A stretch of 64,000 bases of DNA. Origin: an uncultured Dehalococcoidia bacterium (GTDB lineage: Bacteria; Chloroflexota; Dehalococcoidia; Lucifugimonadales; CAZDRU01). The notes beneath the pieces are model-generated. The model was not told the DNA's origin. It worked only from the letters and a program-made list of their open reading frames with translations, and made no database searches. Of the stretch, positions 17,355 to 26,027 are shown piece after piece. The number at the start of each line of letters is the position of its first letter. Position 1 is the first letter of the stretch. The stretch is from positions 3,451 through 67,450 of the forward strand of contig CAZDRU010000023.1 of NCBI GenBank assembly GCA_964508175.1, given 5' to 3'. A program made the translations under genes and the position numbers.

Positions 17355-18305
17355 TTAAAATTGAATAATTATTTTTAAGGACTTATCGTTTTTATTTAGA
17401 TACATTTTGTAAGCTTTATTTATTTCATTAAATTTTACATAATGAGTAATGAATTTTGTAGGATTAATTTTTTCTTCGATTACTAGTTTTAGGCATTTTT
17501 TTATATAGTTATTTAGTTTTCCAGCACGAGCACTTGAAACAGCAATAATTTTTGCTTGTTTAGTCATCATATTTTGAAAATTTAAAGGTACTATTTTATT
17601 CCAAGGGTAGCCAAAAGCTACAATCATTCCTCCTTGACGAATAAGATCAAAAGATTCTTTAAATGTTTTTTCTTCTCCTGCTGCTTCAATAACTATATCT
17701 GCCATAGCCTTATCTGTAATATCTTTGATAATTTTCTGTGAATTAGTTGTTATTGGATTTATTATTTTTGTTGCCCCAAATTTTTTTGCTGTGTTTAAAC
17801 GGTAACTTTTGGGATCTGTAACAATTATTGCTTTTGGATTTTTTAATGCAAGTAACATAGTAAATCCAAGGCCAATGGGTCCTTGGCCTAATATTACTAT
17901 TGTTTTTCCTTCGACTTTCCCTATTTGGTCAATTGCATAGAGTACAGTTGCAAGAGGTTGACATAAAACTAAAGTACTTAAATTTTTTGATTTTGGAAGT
18001 TTAATTAATCTTGAATAATGGACTGCTATATATTCACATAAACCATTACTTTCTGCAGGGACTACTATTACACGATCTCCTTTTTTAAATTTGTTTGTTT
18101 GTGATTGAATAACTATTCCTGCACATTCGTGACATGGAAATCCGGGTGTTTGTAAATGTTTATCTGATTTTATATAAGATCTTAAATCACTTCCACAGAT
18201 AGACATTGTTTTTATATTGACTAAAACTTCTTCATTTTTCGGAATTGGTCGAGGTATTTCTTTTATTGTGAATTGTTGGTTTGATGTAAGTTGAGCGATT
18301 TTCAT
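17355..18305 (-). CDS. zinc-type medium-chain alcohol/polyol dehydrogenase (MDR family)
   Basis: ICGSDLRSY, PCHECAGIV and the GQGPIGLG Rossmann motif. Confidence 0.8.
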   Translation of the reverse strand: MKIAQLTSNQQFTIKEIPRPIPKNEEVLVNIKTMSICGSDLRSYIKSDKHLQTPGFPCHECAGIVIQSQTNKFKKGDRVIVVPAESNGLCEYIAVHYSRLIKLPKSKNLSTLVLCQPLATVLYAIDQIGKVEGKTIVILGQGPIGLGFTMLLALKNPKAIIVTDPKSYRLNTAKKFGATKIINPITTNSQKIIKDITDKAMADIVIEAAGEEKTFKESFDLIRQGGMIVAFGYPWNKIVPLNFQNMMTKQAKIIAVSSARAGKLNNYIKKCLKLVIEEKINPTKFITHYVKFNEINKAYKMYLNKNDKSLKIIIQF

Positions 18306-18335
18306 ATTATATCAATATATTTAGGTCTCCAATAT

Positions 18336-19196
18336 TTATAGGGTAGGTTTTGCTTTCCCTCTGCCCAATAGATTCAACATCTGAGCACTTGATTTTGCAA
18401 GTTCATTTTTAGCTACTGGAACTCTATTATATAAACCGAATCTAGTATAAGCCCAATTAACGGCATATTGAGTTTGGAATAAGTACCTAGTTCGAGTAGA
18501 AGTATTTGGAGCTCCTCTATGCCAGCACATTGGATCATGTAAATAAACGTCTCCCGCCTTAGCGAAAACCGATACGGGTTTATTCCCATCAAATGTAACA
18601 GATTTTCCTTTAGGAGGTATGCGGCCAGAATAATGACTTTCAGGTACATACTCTGTTGGGCCATATTCTATTGATTCTGTGTCTGTTAATGGAAATTGCA
18701 CTGTAAACCACATAACCGGCATATGTATTTTGGGATCATGCCGTTTAATATGTTTAGGCAAAGGGAAATATGCTGCCCGAGAGTCGGTATGCCAGTGGTC
18801 AATTGATAATCCAGGTGTATTACGGAGGACATTTGCACCACAGAATTTACTGTTTTTTCCTACTACCGCTTCAGCCAAACTGAAAATAGGTTCACGCAAT
18901 AGCATATCTCTATATATTTCATCGAGTTCTATGCAGTTTCGCAATATTAATGGAAGCTTTTTGCCATTAATATTATGTTTATATAACTGTACATATCTTG
19001 GGTCCCCTAATTCAGGATTAAACTTAGTTTGAATATCTGGGTCATCCATAAGTTCGTCAGTTTTATCTATGAGTGCTTTGATTTCTCCTGAAGTAAGTAT
19101 GTTTGGTATATGGACAAAGCCATCATGAAAAAATTTATTAACAATTTTTTGAGTCTTTACTTTACTAAATGGTTTGCCAGTTAATATAACACTCAT
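18336..19196 (-). CDS. phytanoyl-CoA dioxygenase (PhyH) family Fe(II)/2-oxoglutarate oxygenase
   Basis: FHDGFVHIPN, an HWHTDS (HxD) iron motif and a distal WHRGAPN. Confidence 0.75.
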   Translation of the reverse strand: MSVILTGKPFSKVKTQKIVNKFFHDGFVHIPNILTSGEIKALIDKTDELMDDPDIQTKFNPELGDPRYVQLYKHNINGKKLPLILRNCIELDEIYRDMLLREPIFSLAEAVVGKNSKFCGANVLRNTPGLSIDHWHTDSRAAYFPLPKHIKRHDPKIHMPVMWFTVQFPLTDTESIEYGPTEYVPESHYSGRIPPKGKSVTFDGNKPVSVFAKAGDVYLHDPMCWHRGAPNTSTRTRYLFQTQYAVNWAYTRFGLYNRVPVAKNELAKSSAQMLNLLGRGKAKPTL

Positions 19197-19258
19197 ATTT
19201 TTTCTCCTATAGGTGATATTTGAGACCGTAGCATAGAGAAGTTAAGCAGTTTCTTTTT

Positions 19259-20020
19259 TTAAATTGTTGCGCCACCATCAACTATAAGATGTGCGCCAGT
19301 TATGAAAGATGCTTGGGAAGAAGCAAGAAATGATACCGCGTATGCCACTTCTTTGGGCTTTCCTAGTCTTTTTAGTAATGCGCTGTCTGCACCTGCTTGT
19401 AAGAATGTTTTTCTATCGCTTCCTTGCAATTTTATTACATGTTCTAAGGCAGGAGTTTCGATTGTTCCTGGACAAATACAGTTTACTCGGATGTTATATT
19501 CAGCGAGGTCCATTGCTAGACAACGAGTTAGTTGAAGCAATGCTCCTTTCGATGCATTATAAGGAACGAATGCTGGTTGAGCTATAAAACTACTTATTGA
19601 TGCTATGTTTATAATTGCTGGTTCAGATGATTTTTTTAAATAGGGGAGTGTATGTTTAACCATATTGGCAGCCCCAATTACATTTATGTTGAAAACTTTT
19701 TCCCAGTCATCAGAAGTAATTTGTTCCACTTTGCCAAAAATAAATGCGGCTGCATCGTTTACTAAAATATCAATTTCTCCAAGAAAATCAATTGATTTTT
19801 GAATAAGATTTTCAATACTGGATTCTGAAGAGATATCTGTTTTGATAAAAAGACAGTTTCCACCTTGTTTTTTTATAATTGAAGCAGTTTCAGCGCCACC
19901 TGTTTCATTAATATCGGCGATGACTATTTTTGCCCCTTCTTGAGAGAAAACTTCGCAGATTGCTCTGCCTATTCCAGAAGCTCCTCCTGTGATAATTGCT
20001 TTTTTAGATTTAAGTTGCAT
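19259..20020 (-). CDS. short-chain dehydrogenase/reductase (SDR)
   Basis: TGGASGIGRA, NDAA and YNASKGA motifs. Confidence 0.85.
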   Translation of the reverse strand: MQLKSKKAIITGGASGIGRAICEVFSQEGAKIVIADINETGGAETASIIKKQGGNCLFIKTDISSESSIENLIQKSIDFLGEIDILVNDAAAFIFGKVEQITSDDWEKVFNINVIGAANMVKHTLPYLKKSSEPAIINIASISSFIAQPAFVPYNASKGALLQLTRCLAMDLAEYNIRVNCICPGTIETPALEHVIKLQGSDRKTFLQAGADSALLKRLGKPKEVAYAVSFLASSQASFITGAHLIVDGGATI

Positions 20021-20037
20021 TATTAATTAATTGATTT

Positions 20038-20361
20038 TTAGTCAATATGAAAAATTTCTTCTAATTGTATCATCATTGTATCAGGTGTTTTATTACTAGG
20101 AATTTCAAAATAAGGGGTCATCATTTTTTGCCATCTGGTGTTTACTTCTTCTTTAGACATTTTTTTAAGAGAGTCTGCAAATGAATTTTTAGCTTCAAAA
20201 TATCCAAATAACAATCCATCTTTACGAATAAATAACGAGTAATTATCCCATCCGTTTTTTTTAAGCGTTTCTTTCATTTCAGGCCATACTTTTTTGTGAT
20301 GTTCTGTATATTCAACTATTAGTTCTTGTCGAATTTTTAACACAAAGCCTACTCTTTTCAT
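20038..20361 (-). CDS. rhaM: L-rhamnose mutarotase
   Basis: 107 aa. YTEHHKKVWPEM and GWDNYSLF are typical of the RhaM/YiiL family. Confidence 0.75.
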   Translation of the reverse strand: MKRVGFVLKIRQELIVEYTEHHKKVWPEMKETLKKNGWDNYSLFIRKDGLLFGYFEAKNSFADSLKKMSKEEVNTRWQKMMTPYFEIPSNKTPDTMMIQLEEIFHID

Positions 20362-20413
20362 TCTTTATCCCTTTCTTTGATTATGATTTTAGAGTTAATT
20401 AGTAGCAGAATAT

Positions 20414-20490
20414 TGGTGGGCCGTGTGGGGCTCGAACCCACGACACCCGGATTAAAAGTCCGGTGCTCTACCAAACTGAGCTAACGGCCC
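20414..20490 (-). tRNA. tRNA-Lys (anticodon TTT), CCA encoded
   Basis: The reverse complement reads GGGCCGT-TA-GCTC..GAGC-A-CCGGA-CTTTTAA-TCCGG..GTGGG-TTCGAGC-CCCAC-ACGGCCC-A-CCA. Confidence 0.9.
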
Positions 20491-20532
20491 AATATAATAA
20501 TTGTAATCGACGAGAGAAACTTTAATCAATAG

Positions 20533-20562
20533 TTGACAGAAGTTATGTTGAAACTTTAGACT
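20533..20562 (+). promoter_or_regulatory. possible sigma70-type promoter for the thi operon (TTGACA-N18-TAGACT)
   Basis: TTGACA at 20533-20538 and TAGACT at 20557-20562, just upstream of the riboswitch. Confidence 0.3.
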
Positions 20563-20571
20563 TATTTTATA

Positions 20572-20680
20572 AGAAGGGGAGCTCATTAATTTGAGCTGAG
20601 AGGCCTTAATTTTGGCGACCCGTTGAACCTGATTTGGGTAATTCCAACGTAGGAATGTCTTAATAAAAGATTTCCCCCTC
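20572..20680 (+). ncRNA. TPP (THI-box) riboswitch
   Basis: GGGGAGC..GCTGAGAGG (CTGAGA at 20596-20601) and GACCCGTTGAACCTGATTTGGGTAATTCCAACGTAGGAA (20618-20655) match the conserved TPP aptamer cores. The candidate P1 stem is GGGGA / TCCCC. It sits directly upstream of the thiamine-pyrimidine salvage genes. Confidence 0.85.
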
Positions 20681-20699
20681 AATTATATTAAGTAATTTT

Positions 20700-21461
20700 A
20701 TGCTTAAAAATAAATTAACTTTAAAATCGGTTAGTAAATCTTTTTTGAGGAAAAAAAGTAAGAGATTAGTTTTATCTGATATTTCTTTTGGTGTTCGTTC
20801 TGGAGAAATTTTGGGAATTGTGGGTCCTAGTGGGTGTGGAAAAACTACTTTGTTAAATATTATAGCTGGATTATTAATTCCTGATTCAGGCAAATATTCG
20901 ATTGATATAAAGAATGAATCGATTCTTGGACATGTTGGATATATGCAACAAAAAGATTTACTATTTCCTTGGCTGACTGTTTTAGAAAATGTTCTTCTTG
21001 GGCCTGATAGTAAAAACATTAATAACGACACATTACGCAGTAAATCAATAGAATTACTTAGTAAATTTGGGTTAAAAGATGTTTTAAATGAATATCCGAT
21101 TGTTCTTTCAGGAGGAATGCGACAAAGAGTAGCATTTTTGAGAACTATTATTGGTAGTGATGAACTTATTTTATTGGATGAACCGTTTGCTTCTTTGGAT
21201 GCACTGACTCGAACAAATTTGCAAGATTGGATTTTACAAATACATGAAATTCTACCAAGAACAATAATTTTGGTTACTCATGATGTTGATGAAGCTATAT
21301 TTTTAAGTGATCGCGTATTAGTCATGAGTTCATCCCCTAGTTATATAGAAGAGGATGTAATAATTGATTTTCCTAGACCAAGGTTAAGAAAAGAAATAAA
21401 GACAAAATCCTTTTTAGAGAAGAAATTTTTTCTCCTTAAAAAGTTAGGAGTTATTGAATAA
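20700..21461 (+). CDS. thiZ: ABC transporter ATP-binding protein (NitT/TauT family, ThiZ-like)
   Basis: Walker A GPSGCGKTT, signature LSGGMRQR and Walker B ILLDEPF. First gene after the TPP riboswitch. Confidence 0.8.
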   Translation: MLKNKLTLKSVSKSFLRKKSKRLVLSDISFGVRSGEILGIVGPSGCGKTTLLNIIAGLLIPDSGKYSIDIKNESILGHVGYMQQKDLLFPWLTVLENVLLGPDSKNINNDTLRSKSIELLSKFGLKDVLNEYPIVLSGGMRQRVAFLRTIIGSDELILLDEPFASLDALTRTNLQDWILQIHEILPRTIILVTHDVDEAIFLSDRVLVMSSSPSYIEEDVIIDFPRPRLRKEIKTKSFLEKKFFLLKKLGVIE

Positions 21462-21470
21462 TAATAAGTA

Positions 21471-22250
21471 ATGAAAACTTTAATTAATTTGAGTAAAAAA
21501 TGGAATATACCAATTCTTGCATTTATTTTTTTTGTAGGATTTTGGGAAATTTCTGTGAGATTATTAAATGTTCCTAATTGGCTTTTGCCTTCCCCTTACG
21601 GAATTATAATAGAATTTTACAATAATATTGGGATTTTTTCTTATCATTCATTTATTACTATTATTGAAATTTTGATCGGATTCGGGTTTGCCGTTCTTTG
21701 GGGACTTTTACTTGCATTTGGCATAGCGTATTCAAACCAAATTGAACGCATTTTCTATCCTTTTATTATAGGTTCACAGACTATCCCTATAATTGTTATT
21801 GCTCCTATTTTGTTGATTTGGTTTGGTTATGGATTATTATCAAAAATTATTGTAGTTGCTTTAATTTCATTTTTCCCGATAGTTGTTAATCTTGTAGATG
21901 GTTTTCGTTCAACAGATGTTGATAGGATTAATTTAATGAAGACTTTAGGCGCAACTAAAGTTACGATATTTCGGAAATTAGCTTTCCCTTCAGCTCTACC
22001 ATTTTTGTTTTCTGGATTGCGTGTTGCAGTGGCTGTTAGCGTTATAGGGGCTGTTGTTGCGGAATGGATAGGATCAAGTTCTGGCCTTGGTTATTTGATG
22101 ATTCGTTCAAAAGCACAATTTCTTACAGAACGAATTTTTGTTTCAATAATTATATTATCTTGTATCGGAATATTTTTGTTTATTTTTGTGAGTCTTGTTG
22201 AAAGAATTTTAATCCCATGGAATTTTATAAAAAAAAATACGGAGGAATAA
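21471..22250 (+). CDS. thiX: ABC transporter permease (ThiX-like)
   Basis: Polytopic protein with a BPD-type EAA region (DRINLMKTLGATKVTIFRKLAFPSALP). Confidence 0.8.
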   Translation: MKTLINLSKKWNIPILAFIFFVGFWEISVRLLNVPNWLLPSPYGIIIEFYNNIGIFSYHSFITIIEILIGFGFAVLWGLLLAFGIAYSNQIERIFYPFIIGSQTIPIIVIAPILLIWFGYGLLSKIIVVALISFFPIVVNLVDGFRSTDVDRINLMKTLGATKVTIFRKLAFPSALPFLFSGLRVAVAVSVIGAVVAEWIGSSSGLGYLMIRSKAQFLTERIFVSIIILSCIGIFLFIFVSLVERILIPWNFIKKNTEE

Positions 22251-23245
22251 TGCTTCAGTTGAGTATTAAAATTAAATATATATTTTGTTTTTGTATAGGA
22301 TTAGCTATATTTTTATTGGGAAATATTCATTGTCAAGCAGATAGACCTATTACGGAAATTCGTCTTGCATTAGATTGGTATCCAAATGCTAATCATGCTG
22401 GTATTTTTATTGCACAAGAGAAAAACTATTTTCTTGAAGAAGGCTTAAAAGTAGAAATTTATACTCCTTCTGATCCTTCAACGGTATTACAAACAGTTGG
22501 TGCTGGTAGTGATGAATTTGGAATTAGTTATCAACCTGATTTGATATTAGCTAGAGACAAGGGTATTCCAGTTGTTTCTGTAGGAGCTATTGTTCAACAT
22601 CCATTGAACGTAGTAATGTTTTTAAAAGAAAAACAAATTAAAAGTCCTAAAGATTTAAAAGGAAGAAAAATAGCATATCCAGGAATTCCTTTAAATGAGG
22701 CTATTCTTGATACTATGCTGAAATTTGATGGATTGTCTGGAATCGAAGATGTAGAAATGATTAATACTGGTTGGGATTTAGTTCCTCCTGTTATAGGTAA
22801 AAAAGTTGATGCTTGTATTGGTTGCTATATTAGTCATGAGACAATTATGGCTACAAACGAAGGATATCCAGTTGAAGTTATACATTTCACTGATTGGGGA
22901 GTTCCTGACTATTATGAATTAATTTTGGTCACTGGAGATAAATATTTGAACGAAAATAAAGATGTAATCAGAAAATTTACTAAAGCATTACGAAAAGGTT
23001 ATGAAGATGCGATGAAATCTTCCGATGATGCAATAAAGATCTTATCTTTAAATAATGAAATTGACTTAGAAATAGAAACTCCAGGAATAGAAATACTTCA
23101 GGGTTTTTGGGATGATGGGGATGGATTTGGATTTCAAAGTTCTTCTAAATGGTCAAAATTTATACTTTGGATGAAAGAAAGAGATTTAATTGATAATGAT
23201 ATTCTAGTTGAATCAGTTTTTTCTAATCAGTTTTTTGTTAAATAA
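22250..23245 (+). CDS. thiY: NMT1/THI5-like periplasmic pyrimidine-precursor binding protein (ThiY-like)
   Basis: LALDWYPNANHAGIFIAQEKNYF is an NMT1/THI5 signature, and there is an N-terminal signal-like hydrophobic segment. I prefer the ATG at 22250 (GGAGG RBS, TAATG overlap with the permease stop) over the ORF-track start at 22217. Confidence 0.8.
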   Translation: MLQLSIKIKYIFCFCIGLAIFLLGNIHCQADRPITEIRLALDWYPNANHAGIFIAQEKNYFLEEGLKVEIYTPSDPSTVLQTVGAGSDEFGISYQPDLILARDKGIPVVSVGAIVQHPLNVVMFLKEKQIKSPKDLKGRKIAYPGIPLNEAILDTMLKFDGLSGIEDVEMINTGWDLVPPVIGKKVDACIGCYISHETIMATNEGYPVEVIHFTDWGVPDYYELILVTGDKYLNENKDVIRKFTKALRKGYEDAMKSSDDAIKILSLNNEIDLEIETPGIEILQGFWDDGDGFGFQSSSKWSKFILWMKERDLIDNDILVESVFSNQFFVK

Positions 23246-23273
23246 ATAGAATAGCTTTAAAGGATGAATAGAA

Positions 23274-24104
23274 ATGAATAAAAACTTTTATCATGGAGCA
23301 ATTCCTTCAGTTATGACTATAGCAGGTTCAGATTCTGGAGGTGGAGCTGGGATTCAAGCAGATCTTAAAACATTTTCTGCTTTGAGAGTTTTTGGAACAA
23401 CGGCAATTACGTCTATAACTTCTCAAAATACAGTTGGAGTTAATGATGTTTATAATATTCCTATAGAGCATCTTGAAAGTCAGATGGCAGCCGTTTTTGA
23501 TGATATTGATATCATGGTAGTTAAAACAGGAATGTTAGCAACTTCTGATATTATTTCGATTGTTTGTTCTACTCTTAAAAAATACAACGTTTCTAAGTTA
23601 GTTGTTGATCCAGTTATGGTTGCAAAAGATGGTTCTCGATTATTACAAAAACAAGCAATGAGTGCCTTAATCACTGAATTGATTCCAATATCTTATGTTA
23701 TTACTCCTAATATTCCAGAAGCAGAAGATCTGGTTTCAATGAAAATAAGTAATATAAAGGATATGTATAATGCTGCTGATAAAATATATAAATTAGGTGC
23801 TAAAAATGTTGTAATAAAGGGTGGACATTTGTCTGGGGAAAAGTCAATAGATGTTTTGTATGATGGAACTGAATATTCTGAATTTTCAACTACTCGAGTA
23901 AATACTACTAATACTCATGGAAGTGGGTGTACTTTTGCTGCAGCAATAACCGCATTTCTTTCTTATGAAATGCCATTGATTGATGCAGTCAAAAAAGCTA
24001 AAATTTATGTGAGTGAATCATTGTCAACTGATTTTAAAGTTGGTCACGGTCACGGTCCTTTGAATCATTTTTGGGGACTTCAATTCCCCGATTTAATCGA
24101 TTAG
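23274..24104 (+). CDS. thiD: hydroxymethylpyrimidine/phosphomethylpyrimidine kinase
   Basis: TIAGSDSGGGAGIQADLKTF, KTGML, VVDPVM and NTHGSGCTF motifs. Confidence 0.9.
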   Translation: MNKNFYHGAIPSVMTIAGSDSGGGAGIQADLKTFSALRVFGTTAITSITSQNTVGVNDVYNIPIEHLESQMAAVFDDIDIMVVKTGMLATSDIISIVCSTLKKYNVSKLVVDPVMVAKDGSRLLQKQAMSALITELIPISYVITPNIPEAEDLVSMKISNIKDMYNAADKIYKLGAKNVVIKGGHLSGEKSIDVLYDGTEYSEFSTTRVNTTNTHGSGCTFAAAITAFLSYEMPLIDAVKKAKIYVSESLSTDFKVGHGHGPLNHFWGLQFPDLID

Positions 24105-24126
24105 TTTTTGTAAGGAGAGTATAAAA

Positions 24127-24897
24127 ATGATAAAACTTGGTCTTGTTACTTATAATTTAGCATCAAATTGGGATTTAAATACAATTTTTAAACGATCAGA
24201 AATTCATGGAATTGAGGCAGTAGAATTTCGAACTACTCATGCTCATGAGATAGAAATTGGACTTAATTCACAAGAAAGAAGTCAATTACGAGATAAATTC
24301 GCAAATTCTATGATTAAACAAATCAGCCTTGGTAGTACATGTGAATATCATTCAACTAATCCTGATGAAGTTTCTTCAAATATAAATGAAACAAAGGATT
24401 ATATTAAATTAGCACAAGATATAGGTGGAATAGGAGTAAAAGTTCGTCCGAATGGATTTAAGGAGGACGAAGGGATTTCAAAAGATGCAACTTTAGAACA
24501 AATTGGAATTTCGTTACGTGAATGCGGGAAGGCTGCTGAAGGAACGAATGTGTCTGTATGGTTGGAAGTACATGGTATTGAAATAGATTATCCTCCCTAT
24601 ATAGCAAAAATTATGAATATAGCTAATCATCCCAAAGTTGGAATATGTTGGAATTCGAATCCTGCAGATATTGTACAAGGGTCTGTTGAAAAATATTTTG
24701 ATTTATTACGGCCTTGGCTTATGTCTGTACATATTAATAATATATGGAATCCAGAATATCCTTATCGTGAGTTCTTTTCTCTACTAAAAAATTCTGGTTA
24801 TGATGGATATTGTCTTGCAGAAATTCAAGATGGAAGTAAAGAACCAGATACATTTCTTAGGTATTATAAAGCGTTATTTCAAGAATTATCAGAATAG
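24127..24897 (+). CDS. xylose-isomerase-like TIM-barrel (AP endonuclease 2 / sugar phosphate isomerase-epimerase family) protein
   Basis: 256 aa with a VEFR...H...WLEVHG...H...E pattern of metal ligands typical of the family. AAGGAGAG RBS. It starts only 22 nt after thiD. Confidence 0.7.
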   Translation: MIKLGLVTYNLASNWDLNTIFKRSEIHGIEAVEFRTTHAHEIEIGLNSQERSQLRDKFANSMIKQISLGSTCEYHSTNPDEVSSNINETKDYIKLAQDIGGIGVKVRPNGFKEDEGISKDATLEQIGISLRECGKAAEGTNVSVWLEVHGIEIDYPPYIAKIMNIANHPKVGICWNSNPADIVQGSVEKYFDLLRPWLMSVHINNIWNPEYPYREFFSLLKNSGYDGYCLAEIQDGSKEPDTFLRYYKALFQELSE

Positions 24898-24916
24898 ACT
24901 ACATAATTATTTCATT

Positions 24917-24940
24917 GAAGTTCAGGGGCTTGAATTATTT
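24917..24940 (+). terminator. weak candidate intrinsic terminator after the thi operon
   Basis: ttcag-gggc-ttgaa hairpin (24921-24934) followed by ttattt. The stem is short and AT-rich. Confidence 0.25.
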
Positions 24941-25000
24941 ATCAAGATATAATTGTAGTATGATATTTTCTAAATATTATATATTCTAAATGGAGAAATA

Positions 25001-25960
25001 ATGACTATTTATTTAACAGATAAAGAGGTGAAAAAATTACTGCCTATGGATGTTTGCATTTCTTTGGTAGAATCTGTATTTCAATCAGAATATGCTGGAC
25101 ACGCTGAGACATTACCAAGAAAAAGGATTGTTTTAGAAAAAGGATTATTTCATGTTATGGGTGGTGCTTCTTTTGGAGTCGGTGCTGTTGGTTTAAAGAC
25201 CTATGCAACTACATCAGAAGGAACCAAATTTTTTGTCTATCTTTTTGATGCTGTTAACGGTTCTTTGTTGGCTATTATTGAAGGTGGGGAATTGAGTAGA
25301 ATACGAACAGGTGCCGCAACAGGCGTAGCTGCAAAATATCTTTCGGAGAAAAAAGAATCTGTTTTAGGAATTATAGGTGCTGGTTATCAAGCAGAGCCAC
25401 AAATTGAAGCAGTGTTAAAAGTTCGGAATATTTCTAAAATTAATGTTTATAGTAGAAATGAAAAAAAGAGAAATGAGTTTGTTTCAAGAGTTTCGTCAAA
25501 GTTCAATGTTGATTTCAAAGCTTCAAATAATGCAAAATCTTGTGTTAGTGATTCTGACATTATTATTACAGTTACTAATTCTTCGGAGCCTGTATTTGAT
25601 TCTAAATGGTTGAAGCCTAATGTTTTTGTTAGTGCGGTGGGAAGTAATCATTGGCAACGTCGGGAATTAGATCAAATGACAATAGAAGAAGCTGGTTTTA
25701 TTGTAGTAGATAATCTTGAACAAGCTAAAGAAGAATGTGGTGATCTTATTTGGGCCGCTTCTAAAGGGAAATTTCGGTGGAATACCGTTGTTGAATTGAA
25801 AGATATAGTGACAAAAAATCGAACAATTCCTAAGGAAAATGGTATTGTACTATTTGAGTCTCAAGGTGCAGGAATAGAAGATATTGCTTCTGCAATGTGG
25901 GTTTATAATGCTGCATCAGAATTAGGTTTAGGAAAAAAATTACCTTTTGGAAAAGATTAG
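25001..25960 (+). CDS. ornithine cyclodeaminase/mu-crystallin family protein
   Basis: LSRIRTGAATGVAAKYL and GIIGAGYQA are OCD_Mu_crystall signatures. Confidence 0.8.
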   Translation: MTIYLTDKEVKKLLPMDVCISLVESVFQSEYAGHAETLPRKRIVLEKGLFHVMGGASFGVGAVGLKTYATTSEGTKFFVYLFDAVNGSLLAIIEGGELSRIRTGAATGVAAKYLSEKKESVLGIIGAGYQAEPQIEAVLKVRNISKINVYSRNEKKRNEFVSRVSSKFNVDFKASNNAKSCVSDSDIIITVTNSSEPVFDSKWLKPNVFVSAVGSNHWQRRELDQMTIEEAGFIVVDNLEQAKEECGDLIWAASKGKFRWNTVVELKDIVTKNRTIPKENGIVLFESQGAGIEDIASAMWVYNAASELGLGKKLPFGKD

Positions 25961-26027
25961 CAGAATAAGTGCTGAATTTATTTTATAATTAAAAAAAATC
26001 ATATAGTTATTATAAAAAGGAGATTGT

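Noticed and set aside
20452-21031. ORF-track frames 20452..20682(-) and 20660..21031(-).
   Set aside because: They overlap the tRNA-Lys, the TPP riboswitch and the antisense strand of the ABC ATPase gene. Their composition is low-complexity and they have no recognisable motifs, so they are shadow ORFs.
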